Part shown: in pieces, positions 1-17,475 of the stretch | Layout of the letters: each line of letters begins with the position of its first letter | Position numbering within the stretch: the first letter of the stretch is position 1 | Origin: Bugula neritina | Taxonomy: Eukaryota; Animalia; Bryozoa | NCBI GenBank assembly: GCA_964035545.1 | Contig: OZ037765.1 | Coordinates: 15,324,698-15,388,697, forward strand | DNA length: 64,000 nucleotides | Reading direction: 5' to 3' | Notes under the pieces: generated by a model | Seen by the model: the letters and a program-made list of their open reading frames with translations, nothing else | The model's database searches: none | Told to the model about the DNA's origin: nothing | Translations under genes and position numbers: made by a program

Positions 1-3000
1 ATACACTGCAACACACTGAAGTATACTGTAATATACAGAAATGTACTCAAACATACTGAAACATTGGTCAACATACTGAAATGTACTGCAACATGCTGAA
101 ATACACTGCAACATACTGAAATACACTGTAATATACTGAATTACACTGCAACATACTGCAACATACTGAAATACGCTGTAACATATTGAATTACGCTGCA
201 ATACATTTAAATTTACTGCAACGCACTGAAACATACTGCAACATACTGAAATATACTGCAACATATCGAAGTATATTGTAATATACAGATCCGTATTGTA
301 ACATACTGAAACATACTGAAAGCTACAGAAATATACTTCAACATACTGAATTATACTGCAACATACTGCAACATACTGAATTACACTGTAACATACTGAA
401 ATACACTGCAACATACTGCAACATACTGAAATACATTGGAACATATTGAAATACACTGCAACAAATTGAAATAAACTGCAACACATTGAAACATACGCCA
501 ACATACTGAAATATACTGTAACACATTGAAAAACATTGCAACATACTGCAACATACCGAATTACGCTCCAACACATTGAAAGATAATGCAAAATACTGAA
601 GCATACGGCAACATACTGAACTATACTGCAAGACATTGAAAGATACTGCAACATACTGAAATATGCTGTAGAATACTGAAATACACTGCAACACACTGAA
701 GTATACTCTAAAATAAAGAACTGTACTGTAAAATACTGAAACATACGACAACCTACTGAAATATACTGCAACATACTGAAATATACTTCAACATACTGAA
801 ACATACCTAAAAATATTGAAATATACTGCAAGATACTGCAACATACTGAAATACACTGTGACATACTGAAATACACTGCAACATACTGCAACATACTGAC
901 ATACACTGGAACATATTGAAATACACTGCAACAAATTGAAATAAACTGCAACACACTGAAACATACGCCAACATACTGAAATATACTGCAACACATTGGA
1001 ATAATCTGCAACATACCTAAATATACGGTAATATACTGAAATATACTGTTCACATTCAAAAACACTGCAACATACTGAAATATGCTGTAGCACACTGAAA
1101 TACACTGCAACTCACTGAAATATAGTGTAATATATAGAAATGTACTGTAACATACTGAAATATACTGTAACATACTGGAATACACTGTAGCATATTGAAA
1201 TACACTGCAACACCTTGAAATATGTTGCAACACACTGAAAGATACGGCAACATACTGAAATATACTGCGACACATTGAAATGTACTGCAGCATACTGAAA
1301 TATGCTGTAGCATACTGAAATACACTGCAACACACTGAAGTATACTGTAATATACAGAAATGTACTCAAACATACTGAAACATTGGTCAACATACTGAAA
1401 TGTACTGCAAAATGCTGAAATACACTGCAACACACTGAAAGGTACGGCAACATACTGAAGTATACTGCGACAGAATGAAATATACTGCAGCATACTGACT
1501 TACTCTGTAGCATACTGAAATGTACTGTAGCACACTGAAATATACTGCAACATACTGAAATACATTGTAACATACTGAAATAGAGTGCAACATACTGAAA
1601 TACACTGTAACATGCTGAAATATACTGCAACATACTGCAACATACTGAAATACACTGTAACATACTGAAATACACTGCAACATACTGCAACATACTGAAA
1701 TACACTGGAACATATTGAAACACACTACAACACATTGAAATATACTGCAACACACCGAAACATACAGCAACATACCGAAATATACTGCGACACATTGAAA
1801 TATACTGCAACATAGTCAAATACAATGCAAGATACCGTAACATTCTGAAATACACTGTGACATACTGAAATACACTGCAACATACTGCAACATACTGCAA
1901 CATACTGAATTACACTGTAACATACTGAAATACACTGCAACATACTGCAACATACTGAAATACATTGGAACATATTGAAATACACTGCAACAAATTGAAA
2001 TAAACTGCAACACACTGAAACATACGCCAACATACTGAAATATACTGTAACACATTGAAAAACATTGCAACATACTGCAACATACCGAATTACGCTCCAA
2101 CACATTGAAAGATAATGCAAAATACTGAAGCATACGGCAACATACTGAACTATACTGCAAGACATTGAAAGATACTGCAACATACTGAAATATGCTGTAG
2201 AATACTGAAATACACTGCAACACACTGAAGTATACTCTAAAATAAAGAACTGTACTGTAAAATACTGAAACATACGACAACCTACTGAAATATACTGCAA
2301 CATACTGAAATATACTTCAACATACTGAAACATACCTAAAAATATTGAAATATACTGCAACATACTGCAACATACTGAAATACACTGTAACATACTGAAA
2401 TACACTGCAACATACTGCAACATACTGAAATACACTGGAACATATTGAAACACACTACAACACATTGAAATATACTGCAACACACCGAAACATACAGCAA
2501 CATACCGAAATATACTGCGACACATTGAAATATACTGCAACATAGTCAAATACAATGCAAGATACCGTAACATTCTGAAATACACTGTGACATACTGAAA
2601 TACACTGCAACATACTGCAACATACTGCAACATACTGAAATACACTGTCACATATTGAAGTACACTGCAACACATTGAAATATACTGCAACACACTGAAA
2701 CATACGGCAACATACTGAAATATACTGCAACACATTGAAATATACTGCAACATACTGAAATATGCTGTAGTATACTGAAATACACTGCAACACAGTGAAG
2801 TATACTGTAAAATACAGAAATATACTGTAACATACTGAAACATTTGTCAAAATACTGAAATGTACTGCAACATGCTGAAACATATTGCAACATACTGAAT
2901 AACACTGTAACCTACTCAATTACACTGTAACAAACTGCAACATACTGAACTACGCTGTAACATATTGAAATACGCTCCAACACATTGAAAGAAACTGCAA

Positions 3001-6000
3001 CATACCTAAATATACTATAATATACTGAAATATACTGTAACACATTGAAAAACATTGCAACATACTGAAACATGCTGTAGCACACTGAAATACACTGCAA
3101 CATACTGAAATACACTGTAAAAGACTGAAACACACTGCAACATACTGCAACATACTGAAATACACTGTAACCTAGTGAAATACACTGCAACATACTACAA
3201 CATACTGAAATACACTGTAACATTATGAATTACACTGCAACACATTAAAAAATACTGCAACATACCGAAATATGTGGTCAACTACTGAAATGTACTGTAA
3301 CACATTTAAAAAAACTGCATCATACTGAAATATACTGTAACACACTGAAATATACTGCAAAACACTGAAATACATTGTAACATACTGAAATATACTGCAA
3401 CACACTGCAACATGCTGAAATACACTGTGACATACTGAAATACACTGCAACATACTGCAACATAATGAAATATACTATAACACACTGGAATTAACTGCAA
3501 AATACTGAAGTATACTGTAACATACTGAAACATACTGCAACATACCGAAATAACTGTAACATACTGAAACATACTGCAAGATACTGCAATGTACTGAAAT
3601 ACATGCACTGTAACATACTGAAATACACTGCAACATACTGCAACATACTGACATACACTGGAACATACTGAAATACACTGCAACATACTGAAATATAATG
3701 CAAGTTACTACAACATACTGAAATACACTGTGACATACTAAGATACACTGCAACATACTGCAACATACTGCAACATACTGAAATGCACTGTAACATATTG
3801 AAATACACTGCAACACCTTGAAATATGTTGCAACACACTGAAAGATACGGCAACATACTGAAATATACTGCGACACATTGAAATATACTGCAGCATACTG
3901 AAATATGCTGTAGCATACTGAAATACACTGCAACACACTGAAGTATACTGTAATATACAGAAATGTACTCAAACATACTGAAACATTGGTCAACATACTG
4001 AAATGTACTGCAACATGCTGAAATACACTGCAACATACTGAAATACACTGTAATATACTGAATTACACTGCAACATACTGCAACATACTGAAATACGCTG
4101 TAACATATTGAATTACGCTGCAATACATTTAAATTTACTGCAACACACTGAAACATACTGCAACATACTGAAATATACTGCAACATATCGAAGTATATTG
4201 TAATATACAGATCCGTATTGTAACATACTGAAACATACTGAAAGCTACAGAAACATACTTCAACATACTGAATTATACTGCAACATACTGCAACATACTG
4301 AATTACACTGTAACATACTGAAATACACTGCAACACATTGAAATAAACAGCAACATACCTAAATATACGATATTATACTGAAATATACTGTAACACATTG
4401 AAAAACATTGCAACATACTGAAACATGCTGTAGCACACTGAAATACACTGCAACATACTGAAATACACTGTAAAATACTGAAATACACTGCAACATACTG
4501 CAACATACTGAAATACACTGTAACCTACTGAAATACACTGCAACATACTACAACATTCTGAAATACACTGGAACATTATGAATTACACTGCAACACATTG
4601 AAAAATACTGCAACATACCGAAATATATGGTGACCTACTGAAATATGTTGCAAACCACTTAAATATACTGCAACATACTGCAACATAATGACATATACTG
4701 TAACATACTGAAATATACTGCAACATACTGAAATATACTGCAAGATACTGCAACATACTGAAATACACTGTGACATATTGAAATACACTGCAACATACTG
4801 CAACATTTTGACATACACTGGAACATACTGAAATACACTCTGACATACTGAAATACACTGCAACATAATGCAACATACTGCAACATACTGAAATACACTG
4901 CAACACATTGAAATAAACCGCAACATACTTAAATATACGGTAACATACTGAAATATACTGTAACACATTGAAAAACATTGCAACATACTGAAACATACTG
5001 AAATATGCTGTAGCACACTGAAATACACCGCAATTCACTGAAAAATAGTGTAATATACGGAAATGTACCGTAACATACTGAAATATACTGTAACAGACTG
5101 AAATGTACTGTAACACACTGAAATATACTGCAACATGCTAAAATACACTGTAACATACTGAAATATACTGCAACATACTACAACATACTGAAATACACTG
5201 TAACATATTGAAATACACCGCAACACATTGAAAAATACTGCAACATACCGAAATATATGGCAAACTACTGAAATATACTGTAACACATTGAAACATACCG
5301 CAAAATACTAAAATACACTGCAACCCACTGAAGTATACTGTAATATATAGAAATGTACTGTAAAATACTTAACCATACGACAACATACTAAAAAATATAC
5401 TGCAACATACTGAATTACACTGCGTTATACTAAAATATACTTCAACATACTGAAACATACCTAAAAATATTGAAATTAACTGAATTACACTGTAACATAC
5501 TGAAATACACTGCAACATACTGCAACATACTGACATACACTGGAACATACTGAAGTACACTGCAACATACTACAACATACTGAAATACACTGTAACCTAT
5601 TGAAATATGCTGTAGCACACTGAAATACACTGCAACATACTGCAACATGCTGCAACACACTGAAATACACTGCAACACATTGAAATAAACCGCGACATAC
5701 CTAAATATACGGTAATATACTGAAATATACTGTAACACATTGAAAAACATTGCAACACACTGCAACATACCGAATTACGCTCCAACACATTGAAAGATAA
5801 TGCAAAATACTGAAGCATACGGCAACATACTGAACTATACTGCAACACATTGAAAGATACTGCAACATACTGAAATATGCTGTAGCATACTGAAACATAC
5901 TGTAACACACTGAAATATACAGCAACATACTGAAATACATTGTAACATACTGAAATATACTGCAACATGCTGAAATACACTGTAACATACTGAAACATAC

Positions 6001-9000
6001 TGCAACATACTGCCACATACTGAAATACACTGTAACATACTGAAATACACTGCAACATACTACAACATACTGAAATACACTGGAACATATTGAAACACAC
6101 TACATTACATTGAAATATACTGCAACACACTGAAACATACAGCAACATACTGAAATATACTGCGACACATTGAAATATACGGCAACATAGTTAAATATAA
6201 TGCAAGATACTGCAACATTCTGAAATACACTGTGAAATACTGAAATACACTGCAACATACTGCAACATACTGAAATACATTGGAACATATTGAAATACAC
6301 TACAACACATTGAAATATACTGCAACACACTGAAACATACGGCAACATACTGAAATATACTGCAACATAGTCAAATATAATGCAAGATACTGCAACATTC
6401 TGAAATACACTGTGACATACTGAAATACACTGCAACATACTGCAACATACTGCAACATACTGCAACATACTGAAATACACTGTAACATTATGAATTACAC
6501 TGCAACACATTGAAATATACTGCAACACACTGAAACATACAGCAACATACTGAAATATACTGCAAAACATTGAAATATACTGCAACATACTGAAATATGC
6601 TGTAGTATACTGAAATACACTGTAACACACTGAAGTATACTGTAAAAGGCAGAAATATACTGTGACATACTGAAATATACTGCAAGATACTGCGACATAC
6701 TGAAATACACTGTGACATACTGAGATACACTGCAACACACTGCAACATACTGCAACATACTGAAATACACTGTAACATATTGAAATACGCTGCAACACAT
6801 TGAAATATACTGCAACACGATGGAAAATACGGCAACATACTGAAATAAACTGCGACACATTGAAATATACTGCAACATACTGAAACATGCTGTAGCATAC
6901 TGAAATACACTGCAACACACTGAAGTATACTGTAATATACAGAAATGTACTGTAACATACTGAAACATACAACAACATACTGAAATGTACTGCAACATGC
7001 TGAACTATACTGCAGCATACCGAAAAACACTGTAATATACTGAAAAAAAACTGCAACATACTGCAACATACTGAAATAAGCTGTAACATACTGAAATACA
7101 CTGCAACACATTGGAATGAACTGCAACATACCTAAATATACGGTAATATACTGAAATATACTGTTCACGTTGAAAAACACTGCAACATACTGAAATATGC
7201 TGTAGCACACTGAAATACACTGCAACTCACTGAAATATAGTTTAATATAAGAAAATGTACTGTGACATACTGAAATATGCTGTAACACACTGAAATATAC
7301 TGTAACACACTGAAATACACTGTAAAATACTGAAATATACTGCAACATACTGCAACATACTGAAATACACTGTAACCTACTGAAATACACTGCAATATAC
7401 TACAACATACTGAAATACACTGTAACATATTGAAATACGCTGCAACACATTGAAATATACTGCAACATACCGAAATATATGGCAAACTACTGAAATATAC
7501 TGTAACACATTGAAACATACCGCAAAATACTAAAATACACTGCAACCCACTGAAGTATACTGTAATATATAGAAATGTACTGTAAAATACTTAACCATAC
7601 GACAACATACTAAAAAATATACTGCAACATACTGAATTACACTGCGTTATACTAAAATATACTTCAACATACTGAAACATACCTAAAAATATTGAAATTA
7701 ACTGAATTACACTGTAACATACTGAAATACACTGCAACATACTGCAACATACTGACATACACTGGAACATACTGAAGTACACTGCAACATACTACAACAT
7801 ACTGAAATACACTGTAACCTATTGAAATATGCTGTAGCACACTGAAATACACTGCAACATACTGCAACATGCTGCAACATACTGAAATACACTGCAACAC
7901 ATTGAAATAAACCGCAACATACCTAAATATACGGTAATATACTGAAATATACTGTAACACATTGAAAAACATTGCAACATACTGCAACATACCGAATTAC
8001 GCTCCAACACATTGAAAGATAATGCAAAATACTGAAGCATACGGCAACATACTGAACTATACTGCAACACATTGAAAGATACTGCAACATACTGAAATAT
8101 GCTGTAGCATACTGAAACATACTGTAACACACTGAAATATACAGCAACATACTGAAATACATTGTAACATACTGAAATATACTGCAACATGCTGAAATAC
8201 ACTGTAACATACTGAAACATACTGCAACATACTGCCACATACTGAAATACACTGTAACATTCTGAAATACACTGCAACATACTGCAACATACTGAAATAC
8301 ACTGGAACATATTGAAACACACTACATTACATTGAAATATACTGCAACACACTGAAACATACAGCAACATACTGAAATATACTGCGACACATTGAAATAT
8401 ACGGCAACATAGTTAAATATAATGCAAGATACTGCAACATTCTGAAATACACTGTGAAATACTGAAATACACTGCAACATACTGCAACATACTGAAATAC
8501 ATTGGAACATATTGAAATACACTACAACACATTGAAATATACTGCAACCCACTGAAACATACGGCAACATACTGAAATATACTGCAACACATTGAAACAT
8601 ACTGCAACATAGTCAAATATAATGCAAGATACTGCAACATTCTGAAATACACTGTGACATACTGAAATACACTGCAACATACTGCAACATACCGCAACAC
8701 ACTGCAACATACTGCAACATACTGAAATACACTGTAACATTATGAATTACACTGCAACACATTGAAATATACTGCAACACACTGAAACATACAGCAACAT
8801 ACTGAAATATACTGCAAAACATTGAAATATACTGCAACATACTGAAATATGCTGTAGTATACTGAAATACACTGTAACACACTGAAGTATACTGTAAAAG
8901 GCAGAAATATACTGTGACATACTGAAATATACTGCAAGATACTGCAACATACTGAAATACACTGTGACATACTGAGATACACTGCAACACACTGCAACAT

Positions 9001-12000
9001 ACTGCAACATACTGAAATACACTGTAACATATTGAAATACGCTGCAACACATTGAAATATACTGCAACACAATGGAAAATACGGCAACATACTGAAATAA
9101 ACTGCGACACATTGAAATATACTGCAACATACTGAAACATGCTGTAGCATACTGAAATACACTGCAACACACTGAAGTATACTGTAATATACAGAAATGT
9201 ACTGTAACATACTGAAGCATACAACAACATACTGAAATGTACTGCAACATGCTGAACTATACTGCAGCATACCGAAAAACACTGTAATATACTGAAAAAA
9301 AACTGCAACATACTGCAACATACTGAAATAAGCTGTAACATACTGAAATACACTGCAACACATTGGAACGAACTGCAACATACCTAAATATACGGTAGTA
9401 TACTGAAAGATACTGTTCACGTTGAAAAACACTGCAACATACTGAAATATGCTGTAGCACACTGAAATACACTGCAACTCACTGGAATATAGTTTAATAT
9501 ACGAAAATGTACTGTGACATACTGAAATATGCTGTAACACACTGAAATATACTGTAACACACTGAAATACACTGTAAAATACTGAAATATACTGCAACAT
9601 ACTGCAACATACTGAAATACACTGTAACCTACTGAAATACACTGCAATATACTACAACATACTGAAATACACTGTAACATATTGAAATACGCTGCAACAC
9701 ATTGAAATATACTGCAACATACCGAAATATATGGTAAACTAATGAAATATACTGTAACACATTGAAAAATACTGCAACATACTGAAATATACTGTAACAC
9801 ACTGAAATATACTGCAACATACTGAAATACACTGTAACATACTGAAATATTCTGCAACATACTGAAATACACTGTAACATACTGAAATATACTGCATTAT
9901 ACTGCAACATACTGAAATACACTGGAACATATTGAAATACACTACAACATATTGAAATATACTGCAACACACTGAAACATACAGCAACATACTGAAATAT
10001 ACTGCGACCCATTGAGATATACTGCAACATAGTTAAATATAATGCAAGGTACTGCAACATACTGAAATACACTCTGACATATTGAAATACACTGCAACAT
10101 ACTGCAACATACTGCAACGTACTGAAATGCACTGCAACACATTGAAATAAACCGCAAAATACCTAAATATACGGAATATACTGAAATATACTGTAACACA
10201 TTGAAAAACATTGCAACATACTGAAACATAATGAAATGTGCTGTAGCACACTGAAATACACCGCAATTAACTGAAATATAGTGTAATATACGGAAATGTA
10301 CTGTAACATACTGAAATATACTGTAACAGACTGAAATGTACTGTAACACACTGAAATATACTACAACATGCTGAAATACACTGTAACATACTGAAATATT
10401 CTGCAACATACCGCAACAAACCGAAATACACTGTAACAAACTGAAATACACTCCAACATACTACAACATACTGAAATACACTGTAACATATCGAAGTACA
10501 CCGCAACACATTGAAATATACTGCCACATACCCAAATATATGGTAAACTACTGAAATTTACTGTAACACATTGAAACATACCGCAAAAGACTAAAATACA
10601 CTGCAACACATTGAAGTATACTGTAATATATAGAAATGTACTGTAAAATACTTAAACATACGACAACATACTAAAAAATATACTGCAACATACTGAATTA
10701 CACTGCAATATACTGAAATATACTTCAACATACTGAAACATACCTAAAATTATTGAAATATACTGAAATACAGTGTAGGATATTGAAATACACTGCAACA
10801 ATTTTGAATATACAGCAACATACCGAATTATATGGTCACCTACTGAAATATGTTGCAAACTACTGAAATATACTGCAACATACTGCAACATAATGAAATA
10901 TACTATAACACACTGGAATAGACTGCAAAATACTGAAATATACTGTAACATACTGAAACATACTGCAACATACCGAAATAACTGTAACATACTGAAACAT
11001 ACTGCAAGATACTGCCATGTACTGAAATACACTGTAACATACTGAAATACACTGCAACATACTGCAACATACTGACATACACTGGAACATACTGAAATAC
11101 ACTGCAACATACTACAACATACTGAAATACACTGTAACCTACTGAAATATGCTGTAGCACACTGAAATATACAGCAACATACTGAAATATAATGCAAGTT
11201 ACTACAACATACCGAAGTACACTGTGACATACTGAGATACACTGCAACATACTGCAAAATACTGAAATACACTGTAACATATTGAAATACACTGCAACAC
11301 CTTGAAATATGTTGCAACACACTGAAAGATACGGCAACATACTGAAATATACTGCGACACATTGAAATATACTGCGCATACTGAAATATGCTGTAGCATA
11401 CTGAAATACACTGCAACACACTGAAGTATACTGTAATATACAGAAATGTACTCAAACATACTGAAAAATTGGTCAACATACTTAAATGTACTGCAACATG
11501 CTGAAATACACTGCAACATACTGAAATACACTGTAATATACTGAATTACACTGCAACATACTGCAACATACTGAAATACGCTGTAACATATTGAATTACA
11601 CTGCAATACATTTAAATTTACTGCAACACACTGAAACATACTGCAACACACTGAAATATACTGCAACATATCGAAGTATATTGTAATATACAGATATGTA
11701 TTGTAACATACTGAAACATACTGAAAGCTATTGAAATATACTTCAACATACTGAATTATACTGCAACATACTGCAACATACTGAATTACACTGTAACATA
11801 CTGAAATACACTGCAACACATTGAAATAAACAGCAACATACCTAAACATACGATAATATACTGAAATATACTGTAACACATTGAAAAACATTGCAACATA
11901 CTGAAACATGCTGTAGCACACTGAAATACACTGCAACATACTGAAATACACTGTAAAATACTGAAATACACTGCAACATACTGCAACATACTGAAATACA

Positions 12001-15000
12001 CTGTAACCTACTGAAATACACTGCAACATACTACAACATTCTGAAATACACTGGAACATTATGAATTACACTGCAACACATTGAAAAATACTGCAACATA
12101 CCGAAATATATGGTGACCTACTGAAATATGTTGCAAACCACTTAAAAATACTGCAACATACTGCAACATAATGAAATATACTGTAACATACTGAAATATA
12201 CTGCAACATACTGCAATATACTGCAACATACTACAACATACTGAAATACACTGTGACATATTGAAATACACTGCAACATACTGCAACATTTTGACATACA
12301 CTGGAACATATTGAAATACACTGCAACAAATTGAATAAACTGCAACACACTGAAGCATACGCCAACATACTGAAATTTACTGCGACACATTGAGATATAC
12401 TGCAACATAGTTAAATATAATGCAAGATACTGCAACATACTGAAATACACTCTGACATACTGAAAAAAACTGCAACATACTGCAACATACTGAAATACAC
12501 TGCAACACATTGAAATAAACCGCAACATACCTAAATATACAGTAACATACTGAAATATACTGTAACACATTGAAAAACATTGCAACATACTGAAACATAC
12601 TGAAATATGCTGTAGCACACTGAAATACACCGCAATTCACTGAAAAATAGTGTAATATACGGAAATGTACCGTAACATACTGAAATATACTGTAACAGAC
12701 TGAAATGTACTGTAACACACTGAAATATACTGCAACATGCTAAAATACACTGTAACATACTGAAATATACTGCAACATACTACAACATACTGAAATACAC
12801 TGTAACATATTGAAATACACCGCAACACATTGAAATATACTGCAACATACCGAAGTATATGGCAAACTACTGAAATATACTGTAACACCTTGAAACATAC
12901 CGCAAAATACTAAAATACACTGCAACACACTGAAGTATACTGTAATATATAGAAATGTACTGTAAAATACTTAACCATACGACAACATACTAAAAAATAT
13001 ACTGCAACATACTGAATTACCTTGCGTTATACTGAAATATACTTCAACATACTGAAACATACCTAAAAATATTGAAATTAACTGAAATACACTGTAACAT
13101 ACTGAAATACACTGCAACATACTGCAACATACTGACATACACTAGAACATACTGAAGTACACTGCAACATACTACAACATACTGAAATACACTGTAACCT
13201 ATTGAAATATGCTGTAGCACACTGAAATACACTGCAACATACTGCAACATGCTGCAACATACTGAAATACACTGCAACACATTGAAATAAACCGCAACAT
13301 ACCTAAATATACGGTATTATACTGAAATATACTGTAACACATTGAAAAAAACTGCAACATACTGAAATACACTGCAACATACTGCAACATACCGAATTAC
13401 GCTCCAACACATTGAAAGATAATGCAAAATACTGAAGCATATGGCAACATACTGAACTATACTGCAACACATTGAAAGATACTGCAACATACTGAAATAT
13501 GCTGTAGAATACTGAAATACACTGCAACACACTGAAGTATACTGTAAAATAAAGAACTGTACTGTAAAATACTGAAACATACGACAACCTAGAGAAATAT
13601 ACTGCAACATACTGAAATATACTTCAACATACTGAAACATACCTAAAAATATTGAAATATACTGCAAGATACTGCAACATACTGAAATACACTGTGACAT
13701 ACTGAAATACACTGCAACATACTGCAACATACTGACACACACTGGAACATATTGAAATACACTGCAACAAATTGAAATAAAGTGCAACACACTGAAACAT
13801 ACGCCAACATACTGAAATATACTGCAACACATTGGAATAAACTGCAACATACCTAAATGTACGGTAATATACTGAAATATACTGTTCACATTGAAAAACA
13901 CTGCAACATACTGAAATATGCTGTAGCACACTGAAATACACTGCAACTCACTGAAATATAGTGTAATATATAGAAATGTACTGTAACATACTGAAATATA
14001 CTGTAACATACTGGAATACACTGTAGCATATTGAAATACACTGCAACACCTTGAAATATACTGCAACACACTGAAAGATACGGCAACATACCGAAATATA
14101 CTGCGACACATTGAAATATACTGCAGCATACTGAAATATGCTGTAGCATACTGAAACATACTGTAACACACTGAAATATACAGCAACATACTGAAATACA
14201 TTGTAACATACTGAAATACACTGCAACATACTGAAATACACTGTAACATACTGCAACATACTGCAACATACTGAAATACACTGTAACATACTGAAATACA
14301 CTGCAACATACTGCAACATACTGAAATACACTGGAACATATTGAAACACACTACATTACGTTGAAATATACTGCAACACACTGAAACATACGGCAACATA
14401 CTGAAATATACTGCAACACATTGAAATATACTGCAACATAGTCAAATATAATGCAAGATACTGCAACATTCTGAAATACACTGTGACATACTGAAATACA
14501 CTGCAACATACTGCAACATACTGCAACATACTGCAACATACTGCAACTTACTGCAACATACTGCAACATACTGAAAAACACTGTAACATTATGAATTACA
14601 CTGCAACACATTGAAATATACTGCAACACACTGAAACATACGGCAACATACTGAAACATACTGCAAAACATTGAAATATACTGCAACATACTGAAATATG
14701 CTGTAGTATACTGAAATACACTGCAACACACTGAAGTATACTGTAAAAGACAGAAATATACTGTGACATAGTGAAATATACTGCAAGATACTGCAACATA
14801 CTGAAATACACTGTGACATACTGAGATACACCGCAACACACTGCAACATACTGCAACATACTGAAATACACTGTAACATATTGAAATACGCTGCAGCACA
14901 TTGAAATATACTGCAACACAATGGAAAATACGGCAACATACTGAAATAAACTGCGACACGTTGAAATATACTGCAACATACTGAAACATGCTGTAGCATA

Positions 15001-17475
15001 CTGAAATGCACTGCAACACACTGAAGTATACTGTAATATACAGAAATGTACTGTAACATACTGAAACATACTGAAAGCTACTGAAATATACTTCAACATA
15101 CTGAATTATACTGCAACATACTGCAACATACTGAATTACACTGTAACATACTAAAATACACTGCAACACATTGAAATAAACAGCAACATACCTAAATATA
15201 CAATAATATACTGAAATATACTGTAACACATTGAAAAACATTGCAACATACTGAAACATGCTGTAGCACACTGAAATACACTGCAACATCCTGAAATACA
15301 CTGTAAAATACTGAAATACACTGCAACATACTGAAATACACTGTAACCTACTGAAATACACTGCAACATACTACAACATTCTGAAATACACTGGAACATT
15401 ATGAATTACACTGCAACACATTGAAAAATACTGCAACATACCGAAATATATGGTGACCTACAGAAATATGTTGCAAACCACTTAAATATACTGCAACATA
15501 CTGCAACATAATGAAACATACTGTAGCATACTGAAATATACTGCAACATACTGAAATATACTGCAAGATACTGCAACATACTGAAATACACTGTGACATA
15601 TTGAAATACACTGCAACATACTGCAACATTTTGACATACACTGGAACATATTGAAATACACTGCAACAAATTGAATAAACTGCAACACACTGAAGCATAC
15701 GCCAACATACTGAAATTTACTGCGACACATTGAGATATACTGCAACATAGTTAAATATAATGCAAGATACTGCAACATACTGAAATATACTGCGACACAT
15801 GGAAATATACTGCAGCATACTGAAATATGCTGTAGCACACTGAAATACACTGCAACTCACTGAAATATAGCGTAATATACAGAAATGTACTGTAACATAC
15901 TGAAATATACTGTAACACACTGAAATACAGTGTAAAATACTGAAATATACTGCAACATACTGCAACATACTGAAATACACTGTAACCTACTGATATACAC
16001 TGCAATATACTACAACATACTGAAATACACTGTAACATATTGAAATACGCTGCAACACATTGAAATATACTGCAACATACCGAAATATATGGTAAACTAA
16101 TGAAATATACTGTAACACATTGAAAAATACTGCAACATACTGAAATATACTGTAACACACTGAAATATACTGCAACATACTGAAATACACTGTAACATAC
16201 TGAAATATTCTGCAACAAACTGAAATACACTGTAACATACTGAAATATACTGCAACCTACTGCAACATACTGAAATACACTGGAACATATTGAAATACAC
16301 CACAACACATTGAAATATACTGCAACACACTAAAACATACAGCAACATACTGAAATATACTGAGACCCATGGAGATATACTGCAACATGGTTAAATATAT
16401 TGCAAGGTACTGCAACATACTGAAATACACTCTGACATACTGAAATACACTGCAACATACTGCAACATACTGCAACGTACTGAAATGCACTGCAACACAT
16501 TGAAATAAACCGCAAAATACCTAAATATACGGAATATACTGAAATATACTGTAACACATTGAAAAACATTGCAACATACTGAAACATACTGAAATATGCT
16601 GTAGCACACTGAAATACACCGCAATTCACTGAAATATAGTGTAATATACGGAAATGTACTGTAACATACTGAAATATACTGTAACAGACTGAAATGTACT
16701 GTAACACATTGAAATATACTGCAACATGCTGAAATACACTGTAACATACTGAAATATACTGCAACATACCGCAACAAACCGAAATACACTCCAACATACT
16801 GCAACATACTGAAATACATTGTAACATATCGAAGTACACCGCAACACATTGAAATATACTGCAACATACCCAAATATATGGAAAACTACTGAAATATACT
16901 GTAACACATTGAAACATACTGCAAAATACTAAAATACACTGCAACATATTGAAGTATACTGTAATATATAGAAATGTACTGTAAAATACCTAAACATACG
17001 ACAACATACTAAAAAATATACTGCAACATACTGAATTACACTGCAATATACTGAAATGTATTTCAACATACTGAAACATACCTAAAATTATTGAAATATA
17101 CTGAAATACAGTGTAGGATATTGAAATACACTGCAACAATTTTGAATATACATCAACATACCGAATTATATGGTCACCTACTGAAATATGTTGCAAACTA
17201 CTGAAATATACTGCAACATACTGCAACATAATGAAATATACTATAACACACTGGAATAGACTGCAAAATACTAAAATATACTGTAACATACTGAAACATA
17301 CTGCAACATACCGAAATAACTGTAACATACTGAAACATACTGCAAGATACTGCAATGTACTGAAATACACTGTAACATACTGAAATACACTGCAACATAC
17401 TGCAACATACTGACATACACTGGAACATACTGAAATACACTGCAACATACTACAACATACTGAAATACACTGTAA
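1..17475. repeat. 10-bp-monomer satellite array, segment 1
   Basis: Continuous degenerate 10-mers ACATACTGCA / ACATACTGAA / ATAYACTGYA. The 10-bp phase is visible column-wise and is broken only by occasional 1-2 bp indels. Confidence 0.98.
5240..9730. repeat. Tandem segmental duplication within the satellite, unit about 2.2 kb (about 5240-7465 / 7465-9730)
   Basis: Rare variants recur at offsets 2222 then 2252 (ORF-track pairs 5369/7591, 5597/7819, 6495/8747, 7005/9257). Boundaries approximate. Confidence 0.88.
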
